Assembly (NCBI GenBank): GCA_036229005.1
Contig: JAZAMN010000002.1
Location: forward strand, 41,555-105,554
Length of the DNA: 64,000 bases
From: Myxococcota bacterium
GTDB taxonomy: Bacteria > Myxococcota_A > UBA796 > CAJQPC01
Direction: 5' to 3'
Below are positions 37,559 to 47,384 of the stretch, in pieces. The notes under the pieces are model-generated. The model was not told the DNA's origin and searched no databases. It was given only the letters and a program-made list of their open reading frames with translations. Numbering within the stretch: position 1 is the stretch's first letter; the number at the start of each line of letters is the position of its first letter. Made by a program: the position numbers and the translations under genes.

Positions 37559-37876
37559 ATGTCCGAGCGAAACGTCCAGGACTTCATCAAGGACCTCGTC
37601 ACCCAGAACCGCGTGATGCTGTTCATGAAGGGCAACAAGTTCTTCCCCGCCTGCGGCTTCTCCGCCCGCGCGGTGCAGATCCTCAAGCTCAACGGCGCCG
37701 AGTTCGAGACCTTCGACGTCCTGAGCGACCCCGGCGTGCGCCAGGGCATCAAGGAGTTCGCCCAGTGGCCCACCATCCCCCAGCTCTACATCGACGGGGA
37801 GTTCGTCGGTGGCTCCGACATCATGCTGGAGATGCATGAGTCCGGCGAGCTCAAGGGCATGGTCGACGCCGGCTGA
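37559..37876 (+). CDS. grxD: Monothiol glutaredoxin Grx4
   Basis: LFMKG, CGFS, WPTIPQLY, GGSDI. Confidence 0.95.
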   Translation: MSERNVQDFIKDLVTQNRVMLFMKGNKFFPACGFSARAVQILKLNGAEFETFDVLSDPGVRQGIKEFAQWPTIPQLYIDGEFVGGSDIMLEMHESGELKGMVDAG

Positions 37877-37914
37877 GCCGCTCCCCGACCGGGCGGGCCC
37901 TCTCCAGCGGGGGT

Positions 37915-39024
37915 CTACTCGGAGGGGGCACCCTTGGGGGGGGACTCATCGCTGTCGGCGCCGTAGCGCTTGGTCTCGTGGGCGGAGAAGCCCTCGCCGT
38001 CACCGCGCAGCAGCACGTCGCAGTAGAAGCGGGTCTTCTTGACCATCTGCCCCAGCGCGTTGTGGTGGATGTTCTTGCGCAGGGCCACCAGGGTGCGGCG
38101 CTCGACCTTGTAGCGGTCCCACTTGTCGCTCTTGGCCTTGGCTCTGGCCTTGGTCTTGGCCTCGTCGGCGTCGACCTCGGACAGGGGCGCGAACAGGGAC
38201 TCCCGGTCGTAGCCCCAGGTCTCCAGGTCCTCGTCGCTGAGGCCGTCGATCATGCGGCGCAGCAGGGCCTCCTTGTCGGGATCGGCGGCCGCGGACTGCG
38301 CCCACTTGTGCACAGAGGTCTTGACCGGCCGGCTGTGCTTGGCCACCCCGATGGGGTCCCCCAGGCCACCCTCGACCGCGGGCTTGGACTTGCCGTAGTT
38401 CACGGTGTCCGGCTCGTGGGGGATGCCGATGTGCTCGTAGATGCGCTTGAGCTGGGACTCGGGGTCGGCGACGATGTCCTCGTAGGACACCCGGACGAAA
38501 GGAACCGAGGCCGTGCGGATGAAATCCGCCATGGCCGGCACGTACCGAGCCAGCACGGGGTTGAAGTCGAAGGCCGCCTGATAGTCCCCGTCAAAGAAGC
38601 TCGCCGCGAAGCTGTCCCAGACCGACAGCGGGTTCCGGGTGAGCACCACGAAGTGGGCCTGGGGGAAGAGCTTGGCGATGAATGGGAGGATCAGCGCGTA
38701 GGCGGGCGTCTTGTCCAGGAAGTAGGGCTTGTCCTGGGTGGCGAGCATGCGGCCGTACATGACCTCGCAGTAGGCGCGCAGGGCGTCGAGGTAGTCGTCT
38801 TCGCCGCCAGGGAGGTCTGCCACGAACTCCTTGAGGGCCATGCCGGCCTGGAGCTGGTCGAAGGGGGCGCGGTCGACGTTGTCGTAGAAGCCCAGGTGCG
38901 CCAGGGGGGTCAGCAGGTGGGGCTCCGGCCGCGAGTAGATCTGCGAGTGCGAGGAGAGCATCCGCATGAGCAGGGTGGAGCCGGAGCGGGGGGGCCCGAT
39001 GACGAAGATGAGCTTGTCTTGCAT
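37915..39024 (-). CDS. Sulfotransferase family protein
   Basis: GPPRSGSTLL PAPS-binding loop, DKTP, RNP, YEDIV. Confidence 0.9.
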   Translation of the reverse strand: MQDKLIFVIGPPRSGSTLLMRMLSSHSQIYSRPEPHLLTPLAHLGFYDNVDRAPFDQLQAGMALKEFVADLPGGEDDYLDALRAYCEVMYGRMLATQDKPYFLDKTPAYALILPFIAKLFPQAHFVVLTRNPLSVWDSFAASFFDGDYQAAFDFNPVLARYVPAMADFIRTASVPFVRVSYEDIVADPESQLKRIYEHIGIPHEPDTVNYGKSKPAVEGGLGDPIGVAKHSRPVKTSVHKWAQSAAADPDKEALLRRMIDGLSDEDLETWGYDRESLFAPLSEVDADEAKTKARAKAKSDKWDRYKVERRTLVALRKNIHHNALGQMVKKTRFYCDVLLRGDGEGFSAHETKRYGADSDESPPKGAPSE

Positions 39025-39134
39025 GCCCTCACCCTAACGCCGTGAACTGTGGGGTGACATGAGCCTGCACAGACTCTGCGCTTCGCCGGCACCTTGGGGC
39101 CCCCGGGGTCTCCCCCAGGGGCCAGGAGAGGAGG

Positions 39135-40499
39135 TCAGATGCAGCCGGTAGCGTCGCAGCTCAGATCCCCACCGCTGTACCCGCCGACCGCGTAGACATG
39201 GACATCCGCGGGGCTGTTGCCGGCGAAGTCCGTGTCGGTGATGCTGGCGGTGGCGTCGTAGAGCGCGATGGCGCCGTAGTGGCTGCCCAGGTTGTCGGTG
39301 AAGCTGCTGTCCACCACGCTCAGGTGGGGCGGCGCGGAGAAGCTCCCGAAGATCCGGACGGCGCTGCCGTAGGGGGAGCTGTTGTCCACGAAGTCGACGC
39401 CGTCCAGGGTGACGTCCTCGTAGGAGTAGATGGCGCCGCCCAGGGAGCTGGCGCTGTTGCCGTCAAAGAAGCAGTCGTAGAGCTCCAGCGTGCCCGAGGA
39501 TGCGAAGATGGCGCCGCCCATGATGGCGCTGTTGTCCACAAAGTCCACGCCCTCAAAGCGCACAGTGCCGGTGCTGTAGACCCGCGCCGCGCCTCCGTCA
39601 GCGGTGAAGCTGCTGCCCGTGGGGGTCCCGTTCCGGATCTCCAGGTCGTAGAACGCGGGGGAGCCGCCCGTGATGTTCAGGGCGCGCACGCTCCCCTCCC
39701 CGTCCAGCACGCTGCCGCCTGCAGGGTAGCCCTCGAGGTCCAGGCTGGTGCTGATGGTGGTCTCGCCGGTGTAGACGCCCTTGTAGAGGCTGATGGTCCC
39801 GCCTCCGGCGTCGACGGCGTCCTGAAGGGTCGCGTAGGGGGTGCCGTCGCGGAGCACGAGGCCCTGGCCAGAGAGCATGCCGTCGGCGTAGGCGAGCAGC
39901 TTGTCCATGGCGGACTGGCCGACGTAGGAGACGGCGTCGAGCTGGTTCAGGTCGCTGATGCTGCCCTCGCTGACGATGTTGCGGGCGGCGCGTGCGTCCA
40001 GCGCGACGTCGTGGTCCAGGGCGTCCTGGCTGAGGTTGTTGGCCAGATAGAGCACAGCCTCGGCCTCGAAGGAGCCGACCAGCACGCCGAGCACCGACTC
40101 GCCGGTCATGCCCAGCGTGTCCTCGCCGTAGCCGACCAGGTCCTCAAATGCGCTGGGGCCGACGTAGGAGACCCCATCCAACTCAGCGACAGTGGTGAAG
40201 ACGAGATCGTCGGAGGTGCCCTCCAGCCCGTCAGCTCCCGCGCGGTAGGTGACGATGTTCGCGGCGGCCCGGGAGTCCAGGGTGACGTCGTCGTCCAGGG
40301 TCTCCTGGTCCAGGTGGTTGGCCAGGTAGAGGGCGATGGTGGCCTCGTCGCTGCCCTCGGCGGGCACGGAGGACTTCACGGAGGCGACGGAGTCACCGGC
40401 CTGGTGGGCCATCTCAGCGGAGGGACCGCAAGCGACGAGGGTGGAGAGGGCGCCGAGGAGGGTGGCGGCGAGCAGAGGGGTGGTGGTCAGACGCTTCAT
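39135..40499 (-). CDS. Lipoprotein with two HhH-like repeats and a Pmp-type beta-helix
   Basis: Two LD.RAA.NIV...LD.V.YVG repeats; GGAI/FxxN repeats; lipobox LVAC. Confidence 0.75.
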   Translation of the reverse strand: MKRLTTTPLLAATLLGALSTLVACGPSAEMAHQAGDSVASVKSSVPAEGSDEATIALYLANHLDQETLDDDVTLDSRAAANIVTYRAGADGLEGTSDDLVFTTVAELDGVSYVGPSAFEDLVGYGEDTLGMTGESVLGVLVGSFEAEAVLYLANNLSQDALDHDVALDARAARNIVSEGSISDLNQLDAVSYVGQSAMDKLLAYADGMLSGQGLVLRDGTPYATLQDAVDAGGGTISLYKGVYTGETTISTSLDLEGYPAGGSVLDGEGSVRALNITGGSPAFYDLEIRNGTPTGSSFTADGGAARVYSTGTVRFEGVDFVDNSAIMGGAIFASSGTLELYDCFFDGNSASSLGGAIYSYEDVTLDGVDFVDNSSPYGSAVRIFGSFSAPPHLSVVDSSFTDNLGSHYGAIALYDATASITDTDFAGNSPADVHVYAVGGYSGGDLSCDATGCI

Positions 40500-40643
40500 G
40501 GGTCGTTCTCTCAAGGGTCGTTTTGGTGAGCCGCAGATTCGTTCTCGGACAACGGAGGAGGGACTCGTCGGAGCCGCTGCGGACCTGATTTCCTTTGTCG
40601 GGGGCGGAACGCGGGCTGGGGTGTGCAGCTTTCAGTTTTTTTT

Positions 40644-41440
40644 TATGGGGGTCTCGCGACCCCCCTGAACCCCAGCGGAGCTGGGGTCACCCCCCGCGGG
40701 CTCTTCGAGGGGGCAGAAGCGGAAGTACTCCTCGGCGCGTCGGCGCGGCTGCGCCGCTTCTTTGGCTTTGTCGGAGTCCTTCCGGCCCCTCTACGAGCCG
40801 GCTGCGCGCGCAGGGTTGCGCGCAGCAACCCCGGCTGTGGCTGGGCTGAGGAAGCGGCTGTGCGACTCGCGCGCCCCCCCTGAACACCAGCAGAGCTGGG
40901 GTCACCCCCCGCGGGCTCTTCGAGGGGGCAGAAGCGGAAGTACTCCTCGGCGCGGGCTCTTTTTGTATGGGGGTCTCGCGACCCCCCTGAACCCCAGCGG
41001 AGCTGGGGTCACCCCCCGCGGGCTCTTCGAGGGGGCAGAAGCGGAAGAACTCCTCGGCGCGTCGGCGCGGCTGCGCCGCTTCTTTGGCTTTGTCGGAGTC
41101 CTTCCGGCCCCTCTACGAGCCGGGTGAAGGCGCAGGTTTGCGCACTTCACCCCCCGGCCGTGGGAGGGCGGAAGCAACCAGCCGGCGCGCGCCCGCCCTG
41201 ACCCCCCGCGGGCTCTTCGAGGGGGCAAAAGCGGAAGCTCCCCTCGGCGCGTCGGTGAGCCGGCAAGCCGACTCACGCTTTGGCTTTGTCGGGGAGCTCC
41301 CGGCCCCTCTACGAGCCGGCTGCGCGCGCAGGTTTGCGCGCAGCAACCCCGGTCGTGGGAGGGCGGAAGCACAGTGCGACCGTTTTATGGGGGTCTCGCG
41401 CCCCCCTGAACCCCCCGAAAGGGGTCCGGTCGAGGGTTCA
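40644..41440 (-). repeat. Mosaic tandem array of ~200-nt structured palindromic repeats
   Basis: Core ACCCCCCGCGGGCTCTTCGAGGGGGCA at 40689, 40904, 41011, 41201; TATGGGGGTCTCGCG module at 40644, 40966, 41386; co-varying stems. Confidence 0.9.
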
Positions 41441-41528
41441 GTCCGGATGCTCGGGCGAGGATCGATCGCCGCCGCCTCGAGCCTTCGTGGTACGAGAGCC
41501 ACCCCTCCCCCGTGAGCGAGACCCCCGC

Positions 41529-42428
41529 ATGCGCGGCTTGAACACCAGATTCTTCAACGCGCTGAGCGACGGCTTCCTCCGTCCGATCCTCGACCGGGTC
41601 CACCTCGACCGCACCCTGTGCCTCGAGCTCCGCGACGACTACCTGAACGTCTACTACCGGGGAGGCAACCTCCTGCGCCTGGGCCGCAGCGGTGACGCAT
41701 ACGCCGCCACCTTCGACGTGAAGTACGCCAAGGGCACCCCGCTGGCCCACCCCGCCTCCGCCGTCCGCGAACCGGAGCACGTCCGCGCCTGGCTCGACGC
41801 CATACCCCACCTCAAGCTGGCGATGGACCTCTACATGGGCCACCACCCAAAGGAGGAGCGCGAGATCCAGCAGCTCATCGCCCGCGACAACAACATCGGC
41901 AGCGTCAGCCGAGCCACCGACTACTACGTGTGCGACATCGAGTACGCGAACGCCCACGGTCGCTTCGACTTGGTAGGGGTCCACTGGCCCTCCACCGGCA
42001 CAGACCGAAAGCAGAGCGACGGGCGCCGCCTGGTGATCGGCGAGGTGAAGCAGGGTGACAAGGCCCTCTCCGGCAAGGCGGGGCTGCACGCCCACCTACG
42101 CGACGTCGACGGCTTCCTCTCCGACCCAGGACGCCTGGCCGGCCTGCAAGAGGAGATGGTCACGGTCTTCAACCAGAAGCGCGCCCTTGGCCTTGTCAAC
42201 TGCGGCCGCGACCTGGGGTCCTTCAGCGCCGAGCCCCCGCTCTTCCTGCTCATCCTGGCGAACCACGACCCCGACAAGACCAAGCTGCGAGGGGAGCTCG
42301 CCACGCTCCCCCGCGCCAAACACTGCGAGCTCCGCGTCGCTACGAGCTCGCTCGTCGGGTACGGGCTCTTTGACCCGGGCCTGCTCACGATAGAAGAGGT
42401 GCTCGCGAGGCCGGAGACCAGCTTGTAG
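41529..42428 (+). CDS. Hypothetical protein, putative PD-(D/E)XK nuclease
   Basis: DIEY..RFD..IGEVK spacing resembles a restriction-endonuclease-fold active site; NVYYRGG N-terminal motif. Confidence 0.6.
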   Translation: MRGLNTRFFNALSDGFLRPILDRVHLDRTLCLELRDDYLNVYYRGGNLLRLGRSGDAYAATFDVKYAKGTPLAHPASAVREPEHVRAWLDAIPHLKLAMDLYMGHHPKEEREIQQLIARDNNIGSVSRATDYYVCDIEYANAHGRFDLVGVHWPSTGTDRKQSDGRRLVIGEVKQGDKALSGKAGLHAHLRDVDGFLSDPGRLAGLQEEMVTVFNQKRALGLVNCGRDLGSFSAEPPLFLLILANHDPDKTKLRGELATLPRAKHCELRVATSSLVGYGLFDPGLLTIEEVLARPETSL

Positions 42429-42500
42429 CGGCCTGGTCCTCAGGGTCCACCCGCTGCAGACCTGATGCCCTCAAGAATCGCTGGGGCCACGCCAAGTGCC

Positions 42501-43412
42501 TCAGATCCCCAACGGGTCGGGGCCCCAATCGCCCAGGAGTTGGACCTCGGGGCGCAGGAGCACGCCGGTCTGCTCGAAGACGACGCGGCGGGCGTGCACG
42601 ATGAGCTGGCGGACGTCCTCGGAGCTGGCGCCGCCCTCGTTGAGGAAGAAGTTGGCGTGCTTCTCCGAGATGACCGCGCCCCCGATGCGGTGGCCCTTGA
42701 GGCCGCAGGCGTCGATCAGTCGGCCAGCGGAGTCCCCGGGCGGGTTGGTGAAGGTGCTGCCGCAGGACGGCAGGTCCAGGGGCTGGGTGGCCTTGCGCCG
42801 CTCCAGGAAGGCCTCGCGGGCGGCGGCACGGGTGCCCTCGCTGTCGGACTGGAGCTGCAGAGTGGCGCGGGCGACCACGGAGCCAGGAGGTAGAGCGGAG
42901 TGTCGGTAGGACAGACCGAGCTGGCCCACCTCCAGAACCTGCAGGCTGCCGTCCGGGAGCACGATCTCGGCGCTGACGAGGAGATCCTTGGCCTCCCCCA
43001 GCGTGGTTCCGGCGTTCATGACGACGGCGCCCCCCATGGTGCCGGGGATGCCGGCGAAGGGCTCCGCGCCCGCCAGACCTGCGCGATCCAGGCGAGAGAG
43101 CAGGACGTTCAGGCGCAGGCCACCGCCGACGACGGCGCGCTCACCCTCGATCTCCACCGCGGCGAGCGCCCCCTTGAGCATCAGGGTGATGCCAGAGATG
43201 CCGTCGTCGTGGACCAGGGAGTTGGAGCCGCGGCCCAGCACGGTCACGGGCTGCTGGTGGGCGTGGGCGACCCGCATCACGGCCTGGAGCTGCTCGAGGC
43301 TGCTGGCCTCGACCAGGAAGCGCGCGGGGCCGCCGCAGCGCCAGTAGAGCTTGCGGTTGAGGTCGGCGTTCTCGCGCACCTTGGCGCCGGTTTCCTGGAG
43401 GGCCTGCAGCAT
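42501..43412 (-). CDS. murB: UDP-N-acetylenolpyruvoylglucosamine reductase
   Basis: GRGSN, GIPGTMGGAVVMNAG, QP...PSCGSTFTNP, SEKHANF. Confidence 0.95.
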   Translation of the reverse strand: MLQALQETGAKVRENADLNRKLYWRCGGPARFLVEASSLEQLQAVMRVAHAHQQPVTVLGRGSNSLVHDDGISGITLMLKGALAAVEIEGERAVVGGGLRLNVLLSRLDRAGLAGAEPFAGIPGTMGGAVVMNAGTTLGEAKDLLVSAEIVLPDGSLQVLEVGQLGLSYRHSALPPGSVVARATLQLQSDSEGTRAAAREAFLERRKATQPLDLPSCGSTFTNPPGDSAGRLIDACGLKGHRIGGAVISEKHANFFLNEGGASSEDVRQLIVHARRVVFEQTGVLLRPEVQLLGDWGPDPLGI

Positions 43413-43457
43413 GGGGCTGGGCTAACGCCGAGGCCCGCCATTGGGTAGGCTGGGGGC

Positions 43458-44381
43458 ATGTTGCTGCTTCTGCTGCTGAGCTGCGCCCCCGGGCGGGCCA
43501 TCGGAGAGAACGTCGGGACGGGGCTGCGCACGGCCTTGGCCGAAGAGGACCCCAAGCTGCAGCAGGCGGTCTCGGACCTGGGGGCGGCGCTGACCTCCGG
43601 GGCCCTGGCGGGGCTGTCCGAAGAGGAGCGACGAGTCGCCCTGCAGGCGCAGATCGATGCGCTGATCGAGGCGCTGGCACCGCAGCTCTCGGCCGCCATC
43701 CAGGACGAGATCGGGCCGGCGCTGGCCGAGGCGCTGTCCAATGCGGTGCAGGAGGCTCTGGGCGAGCTGGCCAGCGCACAGGGGCAGGCGGACCTGGAGA
43801 CCATCGCTGGGACCATCGCAGAGGCCCTCGTCGCGGGGCTGGCCAAGGACGCGGGCCCAGAGCTGGCGCTGGCGCTGGAGCGGGATCTGGGCCCGGCGCT
43901 CAAGACGGTGCTGGAGCGCGACCTGGCGCCCACCTTGCAGACGGAGGGGGTGGCTTTTGCCCAGGCGGCCAGCGAGAAGGCGGCGAGCGCGCTGGGGGCA
44001 CAGCTCGCGGAGGACCTGGACGGACCACTGGGGGCGGCGCTGGAGGCGCGGGCGACCAACATCATCGAGGCCACGCGGCAGGCCGCGGAGACGGAGGGGC
44101 AGCGCTGGCAGGGCTTCTTCTGGAGCGCGCTGGTGGCGCTGGCTTTCGTGGTCACCGGGATGGGCGGGCTGGGGTGGTTCCTGCTCAAGGAGTTCCGCGA
44201 GGCCCGCGGGCTCCGGGCGGCGCTGGACCTGGTCACAACGAACATCAAGCGCTCGGAGGACGACGAGGCCGTGAAGGCGCTCACCCGCCGGATCCGGGAT
44301 GAGGGCAAGGAGACCGAGGGGGGGCAGGCGCTGTCCGCGTTCCTCAAGGAGCGGCGACACAACAAGATCGAGATCGAGTAG
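43458..44381 (+). CDS. Helical-repeat lipoprotein with C-terminal TM helix
   Basis: Signal MLLLLLLSC; repeated L.P.L...L..DL helices; TM FWSALVALAFVVTGMGGLGWF. Confidence 0.7.
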   Translation: MLLLLLLSCAPGRAIGENVGTGLRTALAEEDPKLQQAVSDLGAALTSGALAGLSEEERRVALQAQIDALIEALAPQLSAAIQDEIGPALAEALSNAVQEALGELASAQGQADLETIAGTIAEALVAGLAKDAGPELALALERDLGPALKTVLERDLAPTLQTEGVAFAQAASEKAASALGAQLAEDLDGPLGAALEARATNIIEATRQAAETEGQRWQGFFWSALVALAFVVTGMGGLGWFLLKEFREARGLRAALDLVTTNIKRSEDDEAVKALTRRIRDEGKETEGGQALSAFLKERRHNKIEIE

Positions 44382-44519
44382 TGGCCTGACGACCCACGGC
44401 GAGCAGACAGGTCCCCCATCTCCGTTTCAGAGTGGGGCCGCTTCCGAAACAGAACATGTTCCATGCAACCCCCTGGTCCTGGTGGACATCATGGGGGAAC
44501 ACTTTGCTTGGATTGTTTC

Positions 44520-44950
<431 letters not shown>

Positions 44951-44954
<4 letters not shown>

Positions 44955-45457
44955 ACAAGGCCAACCTCGCGTCTGGCGCCGTCGGGCTGCTCTTCGCCTT
45001 TGGCCTGGGCCTGGCGGGCATGACCCAGCCGGGCAAGGTCGTGGGCTTCCTGGACGTCACCGGCGACTGGGACCCCTCGCTGGCGCTGGTCATGGGCGGC
45101 GCTGCGCTGACCTTTGGGGTGCTCTACCGGCTGATCACCCGGCGGCAGGCCCCGGTGCTGGAGCCCGTGTTCCGCCTGCCCACGCGCTCGGACATCGACC
45201 TGCCGCTCATCGCCGGCTCGGCGCTCTTCGGCCTGGGCTGGGGCTTGGGCGGCTTCTGCCCGGGCCCCGGGCTGGTCTCCGTGGTCTCGGGCGCCCTGCA
45301 GCCGGTGGTGTTCGTCGCTACCATGCTGCTCGGGATGTTCCTCCATTCCCTGTGGACCGAGCGCAACGCGCAGCCCAAGCAGGAGTCCAGTGGCGCCGAG
45401 CCCAGCCCAGAGCAGCAGCGCCCAGAGCGCCTCGAACGCGCCCCCGTCGAGGGCTGA
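44951..45457 (+). CDS. YeeE/YedE sulfur-compound transporter subunit 2
   Basis: GMTQPGKVVGFLD..G.WDPSL, GWGLGGFCPGP. Confidence 0.9.
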
Positions 45458-47378
45458 GTCCGGCGGCTCCACCGCCTGGATCCCCGGCCTGCTGATGCTC
45501 GTGGCGGTGCTCCTGTACCGCCGCACGACCACGTACCCCTACGTGCTCGACGACAACTACGTGGTCGCCAGCAACCGCTGGGTGCAGCAGGGCTTCTCGG
45601 GCCTGCTGCCCCTGCTGGAGGGCAGCTACTGGGACGGCTACTTTGGCGGCTACGCCCAGTACTACCGGCCGCTCCCCATGCTGAGCTACGCCGTGGAGTT
45701 CGGGCTCTTCGGCATGGACCCGGGCATCTCCCACGCCGTGAACGTGGGGCTCTACGCCCTGACCGCGCTGCTGGTCTACCGCTTCGTCGAGCGGGTCAGC
45801 GGCGGCTGGCTGCTCCCCACCCTGGCGGGCGCCCTGTTCGTGGCCAGCCCCCTGCACGTCGAGGTCGCCGCGAACATCAAGAGCCGCGACGAGCTCTTTG
45901 TGCTGATCTTCCAGCTCTCCGCCCTGATCGGCGCGGTGGACCTGATCCGGTCACGGGCAGCCGCACCTCGCCGATGGGCACAAGGTGCAGTGGTGTCCGT
46001 GAGCATCCTGTGCGCGTTGTTGGCAAAGGAATCCGGGCTGCTGGTCCTGGCCCTCCTCCCCCTGACCCTCTGGACGGTGACGGACCTCAAGCCGGTGCGC
46101 ATCGCGGGCTGGACGGCGGGGCTGGGCGCGGTGCCGCTGGTGCTCTACTTCGGGCAGCGCCTGCGGGTGACGGGCGCGCTGCTCTCGGTGTCCGGCGGGG
46201 CCGAGGTGATCGAGAACAACGCCCTCTGGGCGGCCGACAGCGCCAGCGAGCACTGGGGGATGATCGCCTGGATGATCACGGACTACGCGCGGCTGCTGGT
46301 CTACCCGGCGCCGCTGCTCTGGGACCGCTCACTGGGCTACATCCCCATCATCGACCTGAGCAGCCCCCGGGCCTGGCTGGGCATCGGGATCGCCGTGACC
46401 TGGGCGGGCCTGACGCTCTGGCAGCTCCGCAAGCGCTCGTTGCCGGGGCTGGCGTTGAGCTGGATGGCGGTCTGCTACGCGCTGCCCTCCAACATCCTGG
46501 TGCGGGTGGACGGCAGCACGATGGCCGAGCGCTACCTGTACACCTTCACCCTGGGCTTCTGCCTGCTGCTGGCCTGGGGGCTGAGCCGGGCCTTCTCCCT
46601 GGACCGGGCTCCCCTGCCCTTCTCGCTCAAAGGCCTGGAGCGCGCGTTCTTCCCCCTGGGGCTGGGCGCGATCGTTGCCCTGCTCTGGAGCGCCGCGACC
46701 CTGCAGCGCGTGCCCGCCTGGTCCAGCCTCAGCGCTCTGATCGCGGCCGACGTCGACAGCGCCCAGGGGAACGCCCGCCTGATCAGCGCCCGGCTGGGAG
46801 AGCTGATCCCGCAGCGTGAGCTGGCCCAGGACCCCAACGAGAAGGCCGCTCTGCGTCGCGAGATCTCTGAGCTCCTGGCCACCAGCGAGGCACTGCTGGT
46901 CGAGGACCCCCGGCGCTACCAGCTCCTGCGCCCCGAACTGCTCTGGGCCCGCGGGATGTCGGCCTTCCAGGACAAGGACTGGGCGCTCGCTCGGGGTGAG
47001 CTGGAGGCGCTCGTGGCCCTCTCCCCCACCCACTACCGGGGCTGGTGGCACCTGGGCTTCTCCTGCTACCAGCTCGGCGACTACGTCTGCGCGAGCGAGA
47101 GCTGGTACGAGGCGCTGGAGCAGCGGCCCAAGCAGGGCTTCGCGCCCGGGGACCGCGTCCTGCTGCAGGACTACTACTTCAACCTCTGCCTGGCGGAGCA
47201 GCAGCTCGGAGCCTGGGAGTCCAGCCTGGAGAGCTGCCGGGGCGCGCTGCAGTGGGATCCCCGGCACGCGCAGGCCCAGGCGGGGGTGGGCATCGCGCTC
47301 ACGCAGCTCGGGCGCACGGAGGAGGGACAGGCCGCGCTGGAGGCGGCCTACGAGATGGACCCCAGCCTGCGCCCCTGA
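45390..47378 (+). CDS. TMTC-like GT-C membrane glycosyltransferase with TPRs
   Basis: LDD, YRP, P.H.E, R.EL, KE, AERYLY motifs; C-terminal TPRs; GTG start after AGGAG (start uncertain). Confidence 0.8.
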   Translation: MAPSPAQSSSAQSASNAPPSRAESGGSTAWIPGLLMLVAVLLYRRTTTYPYVLDDNYVVASNRWVQQGFSGLLPLLEGSYWDGYFGGYAQYYRPLPMLSYAVEFGLFGMDPGISHAVNVGLYALTALLVYRFVERVSGGWLLPTLAGALFVASPLHVEVAANIKSRDELFVLIFQLSALIGAVDLIRSRAAAPRRWAQGAVVSVSILCALLAKESGLLVLALLPLTLWTVTDLKPVRIAGWTAGLGAVPLVLYFGQRLRVTGALLSVSGGAEVIENNALWAADSASEHWGMIAWMITDYARLLVYPAPLLWDRSLGYIPIIDLSSPRAWLGIGIAVTWAGLTLWQLRKRSLPGLALSWMAVCYALPSNILVRVDGSTMAERYLYTFTLGFCLLLAWGLSRAFSLDRAPLPFSLKGLERAFFPLGLGAIVALLWSAATLQRVPAWSSLSALIAADVDSAQGNARLISARLGELIPQRELAQDPNEKAALRREISELLATSEALLVEDPRRYQLLRPELLWARGMSAFQDKDWALARGELEALVALSPTHYRGWWHLGFSCYQLGDYVCASESWYEALEQRPKQGFAPGDRVLLQDYYFNLCLAEQQLGAWESSLESCRGALQWDPRHAQAQAGVGIALTQLGRTEEGQAALEAAYEMDPSLRP

Positions 47379-47384
47379 ACCCGC

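Noticed and set aside
41117..41175. Group II intron domain V resemblance (GAGCCGG...CCGG..GGAGGGCGG)
   Set aside because: The AGC triad lacks its GYTC partner, there is no GNRA loop on this strand, and no intron RT is nearby
40644..41440. CRISPR array
   Set aside because: Units are 100-215 nt and irregular, lack unique equal-length spacers, and no cas genes are present
44452..44461. GAACATGTTC palindrome as a LexA box
   Set aside because: The spacer is 2 nt, not the 4 nt seen at imuA and imuB; it may be another operator
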